A stretch of 64,000 nt of DNA. Origin: Ignavibacteriota bacterium. GTDB taxonomy: Bacteria > Bacteroidota > Ignavibacteria > UBA10030 > UBA6906. Every line of letters starts with the position of its first letter. Position 1 is the stretch's first letter. The DNA is taken from assembly GCA_963801355.1 (NCBI GenBank), contig CAWDEM010000008.1:163458-227457 (forward strand), given 5' to 3'. This document shows, in pieces, positions 18,816 to 26,900 of this stretch. The translations under genes were made by a program, and so were the position numbers. The notes below the pieces were generated by a model. It was not told the DNA's origin, made no database searches, and saw only the letters and a program-made list of their open reading frames with translations.

Positions 18816-18833
18816 TTACAACTGCTGTGCCAA
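18816..18833 (-). promoter_or_regulatory. Possible sigma54 (-24/-12) promoter
   Basis: Minus strand reads TTGGCACAGCAGTTGTAA. TGGCAC-N5-TTGT compares with the consensus TGGCAC-N5-TTGC, with a mismatch at the conserved -12 C. It lies about 80 nt upstream of the pilin-like start codon. Confidence 0.3.
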
Positions 18834-18944
18834 TCTCCTCCCGGGTGAAATCTCCTGCGTTTTGCCATGCAACCCATGTCTCTTCGGCCGGGGGGAGGTC
18901 AAATCTACCGGTCTCAGAAAAAGTTGCATGCAAGGGCTTCCCAC

Positions 18945-19424
18945 TCATTTCACGGGCGGGAGTGCCGACAGCAGATCCTCAAGCTTCAAGAGGACCGGCC
19001 GCCCGTCCGGAGAGCTCAAAGGGCCCGTAATGAAACCCTGATCGTTCGCCATGAAGACGGTAACGACAGGGTCCTGTGCAGATCCCGCGTAGTCTCCCGT
19101 GAGTGGCAACAGCAATCGCTGCAGGGCGTATGTGCCCTGAGCGGGCGAAGCAAACTCCGTCGGTGTGTCAAACTCGAATTCCAGCGCGATTGCGCCTTTT
19201 CGAATTCCCTCGATCAGGTCTTCACCGACATGCACACGGAGCATGTCGTTTGTTCCGGCAAACAAATTCCTCAGCAAGGCCATTGCGGTCTTCTGGTCGG
19301 CGCAGCTCACACGGTGCTCGACGGTGATCCCGTTCTTGTGGACAAACGCTTTCATCCCTCTGGAGTCTCCTTCGCATTGAAAGAAGGTCAGGACAAGCGA
19401 CAGAATCAGGAGTATGCGCGTCAT
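18945..19424 (-). CDS. Small lipoprotein, unknown function
   Basis: Lipobox LTFFQC after MTRILLILSLV. ATGA overlap with the upstream 687-aa lipoprotein gene indicates translational coupling. Confidence 0.5.
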   Translation of the reverse strand: MTRILLILSLVLTFFQCEGDSRGMKAFVHKNGITVEHRVSCADQKTAMALLRNLFAGTNDMLRVHVGEDLIEGIRKGAIALEFEFDTPTEFASPAQGTYALQRLLLPLTGDYAGSAQDPVVTVFMANDQGFITGPLSSPDGRPVLLKLEDLLSALPPVK

Positions 19425-21484
19425 TTCACCGACACATCGTCAATGAGGATTGCGGTGTCATACACACTGTCGCCCACATCACCGGCACGGATGATAAGCG
19501 TGATCCGCTTGCCGGCGAACGCGCTCACGTTCAGATTCGAGGTCTGCCAGCCGGTCATATACACCCCGCCTTCATCGAAGGTAATCCCGGGGGAAGCGCT
19601 GATCAGGGTGCCCGGAGATTCCTTTGTCGCTCCAAAGCTCGACGCGATTGCGTCCACCGTCCGGCTGAGGAGAACCGTTTCGGCGCCATTCTGATCCCTG
19701 ACGGCAATCTGGAAGTAGTCCTGATACTGGGAGCCGATATACTCCAGGAACTCTTCGGAGAGGAAGTTCCACTTCACGGTCAGCGTCGACTGATTTGTCT
19801 TGATGGTGAATGTCTGGAAGATGCTTCCCGTACTTGTTGTGAAGCCGAGGCCGGTGGAGATGATGCCCATGTAACTTCCCCCGGTGGGATTCACGCTGCC
19901 AAGCTGTGTGATCACGCGCCCGTCGCCGGATCTCGTCCAGCCGTCAATTTTGCCAAACTCAAAATCACCATTGATCAGAGAATCCGGATAACGGACGTCG
20001 TTGGCGCCTTTGATCTCATACACCGCGTGCTGGCTGCCCGGATCGCTTCCCGCCATGAACGATTCGGCCGTCGTCTTGAGATCTTTGGCGAGCCGTTTCG
20101 CCAGCGTGTCGGCGTTGAGGACGCAGAAGGTGCTGCTCACGACCTTGGTATACCCGTAGTAGGTCTTGGCACCCTTGCCGATGAAGGCGTTTTGAAGATC
20201 GGGGTTCATCGTGCTTTCACACGAATTGTTCAGGATCACCGAATTCGAGAAGGTCCCTGTGAGGTCACTGATGAACGGGGCCCGGATGACGTACACATTG
20301 CCCTGCACCTTCACCGCCCCGGCGGTGCTGATCGTCATGTTCTTCCAGATCGCCAGTTTGCCCGCTTTGATCAGCGCTTTGTAACTGTTCTTGTAGATCA
20401 CCGAGTTGGTGTCGACGAGTTCACCGGTGGCAAATTCCTTGCCTTGTGACCCGTGCGTTGCCAGGACGACAAAACCGTATGCCGTGAGGTTGTTCAACGC
20501 TGCGACCGTCGCGGCCTGGTTCGAGAGGTACGTGATGTCGAACTGGAATCCCGAAGTTTGCAGGACGGCCTGTACTTTTCCTCCTTCATTGGCCGGCGAG
20601 AATGCCGCTTCAAAAGGCGCATAGATGAGAACGCTGCGGTTCCCGATGATCTTTGGGTCCAGATCACCTGTGGCGACGGATTTGGAAAGGGGCGCCCGGG
20701 ATGTTGTCCCCACCGTCTGCCGCGCAAGAGGGATCCGGTTGCCGGTCCGGCGTGACTCGATGGCTGCGCCGCCGCGCGTCAACACCGTGCCGCTCGCATT
20801 TTCCTCGTTGATGAACAAGCCTCCGTACAGCCCCGAGGTATACAGGATGCTGATGGAAGAGGAGCCCCCGGAGGTGATCGACTGCACTGCCGGTTTTCCC
20901 TGCAGCCATGTCTTCAATTGCGTGATTGCCGTGGCAAGGTTGGCGGGATTTCCTGCCAGGAACTGGCTCAACTTGATTGCGGCTGAATCCTGGGTCTGGA
21001 CGATTGTTTGATACTCGGTCGTCGTGAGGTTGGAGTACACGCCCAACGGTGCGGCATTGGAATTTCCGGCCGGACCCTGCTTTGTGCTTGCGGTGACCCG
21101 GAGGTTCAGGGTCCCCGTAGTTGTCGCCGTGAAGGGGAAACTGTTGTTGTAGATGTTGTCGCCCTTGATGTCGTCAAAGTGCGAGAGAGATCCGTCGTCA
21201 TACAGCTGGCCGAGAAGCGTCGCATTGGCCCCGGCGGCGTCCAGACTGTAGGCCTTCACTGTGGAGTCATACAACTTCACGTTGGCCGGGACGGTAAGGC
21301 GGAGCTGAATGGTTGTCGGATTGCTGACGAGCACGACATTCGGCGTCGTGCTTAGCACACCGATCGTGGCCGCCGTCTGAATTGCATCGACGGGGTTGTC
21401 GCTGTCCTTCTTGCACGATTGGAGTGTCGCCATCGACATGAGGAGCAGAACGACCGCGAGAGCAGAGTACCGTGGTGATTTCAT
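19421..21484 (-). CDS. Large lipoprotein: Ig-like N-terminus, possible clan-CD (gingipain/CHAT-like) peptidase core, C-terminal jelly-roll domain
   Basis: Lipobox ATLQSC after MKSPRYSALAVVLLLMSM (ATG 21484). FVVLATHGSQG (His-Gly) and VILNNSCES (Cys) resemble the clan CD catalytic dyad context. C-terminal GDFEFGKIDGW...YMGIISTG resembles CBM/choice-of-anchor-type jelly-rolls. Confidence 0.5.
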   Translation of the reverse strand: MKSPRYSALAVVLLLMSMATLQSCKKDSDNPVDAIQTAATIGVLSTTPNVVLVSNPTTIQLRLTVPANVKLYDSTVKAYSLDAAGANATLLGQLYDDGSLSHFDDIKGDNIYNNSFPFTATTTGTLNLRVTASTKQGPAGNSNAAPLGVYSNLTTTEYQTIVQTQDSAAIKLSQFLAGNPANLATAITQLKTWLQGKPAVQSITSGGSSSISILYTSGLYGGLFINEENASGTVLTRGGAAIESRRTGNRIPLARQTVGTTSRAPLSKSVATGDLDPKIIGNRSVLIYAPFEAAFSPANEGGKVQAVLQTSGFQFDITYLSNQAATVAALNNLTAYGFVVLATHGSQGKEFATGELVDTNSVIYKNSYKALIKAGKLAIWKNMTISTAGAVKVQGNVYVIRAPFISDLTGTFSNSVILNNSCESTMNPDLQNAFIGKGAKTYYGYTKVVSSTFCVLNADTLAKRLAKDLKTTAESFMAGSDPGSQHAVYEIKGANDVRYPDSLINGDFEFGKIDGWTRSGDGRVITQLGSVNPTGGSYMGIISTGLGFTTSTGSIFQTFTIKTNQSTLTVKWNFLSEEFLEYIGSQYQDYFQIAVRDQNGAETVLLSRTVDAIASSFGATKESPGTLISASPGITFDEGGVYMTGWQTSNLNVSAFAGKRITLIIRAGDVGDSVYDTAILIDDVSVK

Positions 21485-21728
21485 CTGTGGATCTCCGTTG
21501 AACTTGTTGATGTGGGTAATCTCCGGTTTGCCGTCCATCAGGAACGAACAGGCGCTTCGAAATTCGGTAAACGTGTCGCAAGCCGTATGCCACAGAGTGA
21601 CGGGGTCATTTCCATGGACTTCACTTCAAGCTATACGATTTGTTGGTTGTGAAATGGTTAATATTAGCCAACTATCCATATAGTGCCATGGCTGCAGGCC
21701 TTTTTACACAATGAAGGAGATTTTGTCC

Positions 21729-21764
21729 TTGACAAGCCGAAACTAATATCGTTATATTACGATA
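21729..21764 (+). promoter_or_regulatory. arsR promoter with overlapping palindromic operator
   Basis: TTGACA at 21729-21734. TATATT at 21753-21758 with an 18-nt spacer. Perfect inverted repeat TATCGT-TATATT-ACGATA at 21747-21764, with the -10 hexamer as its centre. Confidence 0.6.
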
Positions 21765-21772
21765 GGACAATT

Positions 21773-22093
21773 ATGGGGATCTCCAAGAGAACATCATTCC
21801 GCGAGCGTGAGAACCGCATCGCAGATCTGGGGAAGGCGCTGGCACATCCCGCCCGGGTAGCAATACTGGAATTCTTGGCCGGCCAGAATGTGTGTATGTG
21901 CGCTGACATCGTCGATCACATTCCGCTCTCTCAGGCCACCGTGTCGCAGCATCTCGCGGAGCTGAAACGGGTCGGACTCATCAATGGTGAAATTGATGGC
22001 CCGCGTGTGTGCTATTGCATTGACCGGAAGGCCTGGAACGAGGCGAGAGAAATGCTCACTCAATTTCTGACTGATGTCGGGGGATGTTGTTGA
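21773..22093 (+). CDS. arsR: ArsR/SmtB-family metalloregulator
   Basis: Winged-helix core [53 protein letters not shown] CxC motif sits in the position of the As(III)-binding ELCVCDL site. Start placed at MGISK (21773). Confidence 0.85.
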   Translation: MGISKRTSFRERENRIADLGKALAHPARVAILEFLAGQNVCMCADIVDHIPLSQATVSQHLAELKRVGLINGEIDGPRVCYCIDRKAWNEAREMLTQFLTDVGGCC

Positions 22094-22143
22094 CGTTCGC
22101 ATTTTAATGGTCCCGTTGTATATTGTGCACAGTGGAGGATACT

Positions 22144-22962
22144 ATGAAGACCGGGCAGGAATTAAAGGAGATGGTGAAAGAGAAATACAGCGCCATCGCC
22201 GACAAAGCAAAAGTTCAGAATCAGTCGTCATGTTGCGGAAGCACCTGCGGCTGTTCGGATGTGGAATTCACGGTCATGGCAGAGGATTATGCCAGGCTTC
22301 CAGGGTATGTTCCCGAAGCGGACCTTGCTCTGGGGTGCGGGTTGCCGACTGAATTCGCACTGATTAAACCCGGCGACACCGTTGTGGATCTTGGTTCGGG
22401 TGCAGGGAACGACTGCTTCGTCGCGCGCTCGATTGCGGGCGAGAGCGGGCATATCATCGGCATTGACATGACCGACGCAATGACGGAGAAGGCCCGCGTC
22501 AATGCGGCACGCCTCGGTTTTGCCAACGTCGAATTCCGTGCCGGTGACATCGAGAAGATCCCTGTCGACGATACTGTCGCCGACGTCGTTGTGAGCAACT
22601 GCGTGATGAACCTTGTGCCCGACAAAGCTCGGGCGTTCGCCGAAACATACCGGATTATCAAACCCGGTGGCCACTTCTGCATTTCGGACATCGTGCTGCA
22701 AGGGGAGCTTCCACGGGGACTGCGCGATGAAGCCGCGCTCTATGCAGGGTGTATTGCGGGGGCTGTGCAGAAAGACGAATACCTGAGAATTATCGGCGAG
22801 GCGGGTTTCGTACACATCCGCATCCAGAAGGAACGCAAGATCGAAGTTCCCAATGAGATTCTCGCGCGCCATCTCTCACTCGATCAGCTCCGGGAATTCA
22901 AACGGAATCGGGTGGGAATCTTCAGCGTGACGGTGTACGGCGAGCGGCCCGCGGAGAAGTAG
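22144..22962 (+). CDS. arsM: Arsenite S-adenosylmethionine methyltransferase
   Basis: N-terminal EKYSAIADKA...SSCCGSTCGC. SAM motif I VVDLGSGAGND. Conserved cysteine contexts LGCGLP, VSNCVMNLV and YAGCIAGA. GGAGGA RBS precedes ATG 22144. Confidence 0.85.
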   Translation: MKTGQELKEMVKEKYSAIADKAKVQNQSSCCGSTCGCSDVEFTVMAEDYARLPGYVPEADLALGCGLPTEFALIKPGDTVVDLGSGAGNDCFVARSIAGESGHIIGIDMTDAMTEKARVNAARLGFANVEFRAGDIEKIPVDDTVADVVVSNCVMNLVPDKARAFAETYRIIKPGGHFCISDIVLQGELPRGLRDEAALYAGCIAGAVQKDEYLRIIGEAGFVHIRIQKERKIEVPNEILARHLSLDQLREFKRNRVGIFSVTVYGERPAEK

Positions 22963-23044
22963 GGGCGTCACGGTCTGCCTGTGTGCGGCCGCTTCTGCGG
23001 TATTGCGTTTCCATCGTTCATCCGCACTTCATGGAGTCACATCG

Positions 23045-23791
23045 ATGCATCCAGTCAACAAAATCCTGCACCCGGTAGGACTACGGTTAACCCGCGCACT
23101 GGAGGCCGTGAAGATCCCGCGGGAATTCGAACGGCGCTACTCACAGCAGCTGCACGCATTGAAAAACGGCGGCGGGAGATTCAGGGTGTTCAAGGAGTTC
23201 CGGTATGACGCCGGGACCCACCCTGCTTCGTACATGGACTATGAGTGCGAGTTTGCCGCCAGGCATCTCGCAGCGTGCAACCCGGCGGCTGTTCTCGATA
23301 TCGGTTCGTACCGTCTCTTCGTCATCGGCATGCTGTCGGGCTACAAAGTAACGACACTGGATGTCCGCCCCAGGCAATCTGCCCTGGCCAATGAAACCAT
23401 CGTCACCTCCGACGCCAAGAAACTCGAAATTCCCTCCGGCGCTTTTGACATGGTGGTCTCCCTCTGCACGCTCGAGCATTTCGGTCTGGGACGGTATGGC
23501 GACGACATCGATATGGAGGCCGACAGGAAAGCGTTTGAGGAAATGATGAGAGTCCTTAAACCCGGCGGGACGTTGGTCTTTTCCACCACGATCACGCGAG
23601 CCGCCCCCCAAATTGCCTTCAATTCCCACCGGATTTACGATCATGCCATGATCAGATCATTTTGTGACAAGCTGCAGTGCGTCGACGAGGGCTTCTTTAG
23701 CAACGATTTGGGCACCGGATGCGACCTCGAGCGCGTGACCGACACGCCCGCCGCATGCGATGTCTACTGCGGGTGCTGGAGAAAGCCATAG
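23045..23791 (+). CDS. Class I SAM-dependent methyltransferase (DUF268-like)
   Basis: VLDIGSYRLFVIGMLSGY...FDMVVSLCTLEHFGLGRYGD...LKPGGTLVFST matches a methyltransferase fold. Start uncertain: 23003 or 23045. Confidence 0.6.
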   Translation: MHPVNKILHPVGLRLTRALEAVKIPREFERRYSQQLHALKNGGGRFRVFKEFRYDAGTHPASYMDYECEFAARHLAACNPAAVLDIGSYRLFVIGMLSGYKVTTLDVRPRQSALANETIVTSDAKKLEIPSGAFDMVVSLCTLEHFGLGRYGDDIDMEADRKAFEEMMRVLKPGGTLVFSTTITRAAPQIAFNSHRIYDHAMIRSFCDKLQCVDEGFFSNDLGTGCDLERVTDTPAACDVYCGCWRKP

Positions 23792-23798
23792 ATTTCCC

Positions 23799-23827
23799 TT
23801 GACAAATCGATATTCCTGCCCTATATT
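23799..23827 (+). promoter_or_regulatory. Sigma70-type promoter of the glycan locus
   Basis: TTGACA (23799-23804), a 17-nt spacer, and TATATT (23822-23827). Confidence 0.65.
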
Positions 23828-23831
23828 TCCA

Positions 23832-23845
23832 TGTAAACGTTTACA
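23832..23845 (+). promoter_or_regulatory. LacI-family operator O1 (TGTAAACGTTTACA)
   Basis: Perfect 14-bp palindrome matching the LacI/GalR-family consensus TGnAAnCGnTTnCA. It sits at the predicted transcription start. Confidence 0.7.
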
Positions 23846-23864
23846 ATTCTTCGTATCAGGATGA

Positions 23865-23878
23865 TGTAAACGTTTACA
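23865..23878 (+). promoter_or_regulatory. LacI-family operator O2 (TGTAAACGTTTACA)
   Basis: Second identical 14-bp palindrome, 33 bp centre-to-centre from O1. Confidence 0.7.
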
Positions 23879-23988
23879 GATGTTTTTCGCTCGTTGTCAA
23901 CGATACCTTCCTGCAGCGAGCTTCTTCAATTTCAGAGCTGGTTAATAGTCCACCTAACACCATCACCACACAATCAACAGAGGTCTTT

Positions 23989-26900
23989 ATGGGCACAATG
24001 CGCCGATTGACAATTCCCCTGGTACTGATCCTCGCAGTCTGCTCTCTTGCCAACGCCCAGGTGTTGTGGCGTTCTGTCGCAAGCGGCAACTGGGGGGCCA
24101 TCACAACCTGGGAGTATTCCACCGATTGGGGGGGGACGTGGGGAGTTCCTCCTGCGGCTCCAGCCACGCGTGATACAGCCAGTGGGTTTATCATCAATAC
24201 CGGTCACACGGTGGTCGTGGAAGCAAGTCCGAAGTACTGCGGCGATCTGTTGGTCAAAGCAGGTGGAGTTCTCACGACGAACGTCAAGCAGCCCACAAGT
24301 GACATCCGTTACATCCGCATCAAGGGGACTCAGTTGACGGTGGACGGAGTCTTTGGATTTGCAGTCGATCCGTCCGACAGTGCGGATGTGCTCAGCCTGC
24401 AGGTATACGGTCCGAACCAGACGCTGGTTATCAAGGGTTCGGGCACGATAAACATCTGTCGCATCCGTCCACATACAGGAGCCGGGAGAACGAATATCGG
24501 AGTGGAATTCGAGACCAACGCGACGATCACCTATATCGGATCGACCGGCACAGGTGGCGCGGGTATCTACTCTGCTAATGATGCAAACAATGACAATATC
24601 ACATTCGCTGTGAATCCGGGGCGGACGGTCACGATGGTTGACGGTTGCAACCTCGCGACCAGTTCGAGCACATCGACTGACGGCACTGCCAGCACAACAT
24701 TCAACATTGGCGGTACAGTGAACATGCTCGGCGGAAACTTGAACCTCCGCGGTGCTGCCGGGAAGAACATAGTGCTGAACGTTACCGGCACGCTGAATGT
24801 CGGCGGGAGCGTCTATCCCACCGGCACGACAGGCGTGACGAGCACGATGAATGTTTCGGGTACAATGAATACCGGTACCCTCGGAAAAGGGACGCTGTAC
24901 TTTGACGCCCCGGCGCAGCTTGTAACCGGAGCAGGCACCTTCACGGTAGGCCAAGGTGCGACGTTCCGGACGGGTTTGCCTCAGGGTCTTCCTGCCTCGG
25001 GCGGCCAGATCCGGACCAACACCGTGACATTCAGTCCGGGTGCCAACTATGCCTACGTCGGGACCGCTGCGCAAACAACGGGCGCACTTCTTCCCGTACA
25101 TGTCAGAGGGCTCGCGGTTGCCAACGCGGCCGGCGTAACGCTCTCGAAGAGCACCCTTGTGGATTCCACACTCACGTTGACGAGTGGCGCTCTCCTCACC
25201 GGAGCTGACACACTGGCTGTCGGACCCGGAGGAGAAGTCGAGCGGACAAGCGGGTATGTTGATGGCAATCTCGCAAAGCCCACTCCCGGCGGCGCCACGA
25301 CTTTTGAAGTCGGAGCGGCCGGCGGGTATTCGCCGGTCGTTGTCAACGTGACATCCGGTTCCGGATATGCCGCGGTGAAAGCGGTCAATGGCAGCCATCC
25401 GAACCTCATCAACAGCGCGCTAGCATTGAAGCGCTACTGGAAGCTAGCGAATATGGGGATCACGTCGGCTGATCTGACTTTTGCCTATCCCGCGGCGGAT
25501 GTGCAGGGAACCGAGACTGCATATGTCGGTGCGCGGAATACGACAGGCAAGGAGTGGAGCAAATATACCACGACAGTCGACGCCGTGGCGCACACCGCAA
25601 CGGTGACCGGCGCCACAGTCGCATCAGACTGGACGCTCGGGGAACCGCGTGCGTTCTCGCCGTTTGACGATCCGGCTGCCTTGATCGTCCCCAATGCGCT
25701 CAGGCCAATGACACTTGACGGGAAGCTCGACGAGTCGGAGTGGGCTTCGGCGCCGACGTTGCTCTTTGGCAACGGCGCCTACCTGAAGAAGGGGATGGGA
25801 GAGCAGACGGTGACCGGAGGTTTCGACATCAAGGCCACCTACGACTACTGGGATCAGGGTGTGTTCTACGGCACCTTCCATCGGCCGAACACTGACAGTT
25901 CTCTTGCAAAGGTGAAGTTCCTGCGCAAGGGTGTGAACCTGTACATCGGCATACAGTCGGACGACAAGAGTATCTGCAAGTTCGACTGGGAAGGCGACGG
26001 ACTGTTCGTCAAAATCAAGCGGTCGAACGGAAACGATCTGGAATACAAGCTGTACTACCAGAACATCGGCACCGCGGCCGACACGATCCGGTACGAAGGC
26101 CCCGGAGGGTTGACCAACTTTGGCGACGGAGCGGGGTATCTCATGACCGGCTCCACAGCCAACGACACGACGAATGTGGACAATGGATACTCAGCCGAGT
26201 TGATGATCAAGTTGGATTCGCTCGGCTACACCGCCACGCTTGACACGGTGAAGCTGTCGATGGCGGTGTTCGATCCTGACGGGTACCAGCACCCGATGAA
26301 CTCCTACGACACGACGGCGGGATCATACTACAAGTCGTGGTGGGGGAGTGAATGGGGTGGAGTCTACCGCTCGCTCCTCTTCTCACCGGAGCCGGTGAAG
26401 TTCGATGACCCGCCGGGTATTGCGGTGCAGAATGCTTTGCGCGCAATGACGGTGGACGGCAAACTTGATGAGTCGGAGTGGGCCACCGCTCCCACACTCG
26501 CCTTTGGCAACGGTGCCTTCGTGAAGAAGGCTGCCGGCCAGAAGACGGTGACCGGGGAATTCGACATCAAAGCCACGTACGACTACTACGACCAGGGCAA
26601 GTTCTACGGCACGTTCCATCTGCCGAACACGGATAGTTCTCTTGCGACGGTGAAGTTCCTGCGCAAGGGTGTGAACCTGTACATCGGCATACAGTCGAAC
26701 GACAAGAGTATCTGCAAGTTCGACTGGGAAGGCGACGGACTGTTCGTGAAAATCAAACGGTCGAACGGGACCGATCTGGAATATAAGCTGTATTACCAGA
26801 ACATCGGGACCGCGGCCGACACGATCCGGTACGAACCACCCGCAGCGAACTACGGTGAAGGGGCAGGCTATCTCTTCGCCGGTTCGAAGGTTAATGACAC

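Noticed and set aside
23974-25398. 474-aa minus-strand ORF
   Set aside because: It is antisense to the N-terminal part of the 1395-aa T9SS cargo gene. Its composition is Arg/Cys/Gly-rich junk, with no RBS or promoter context.
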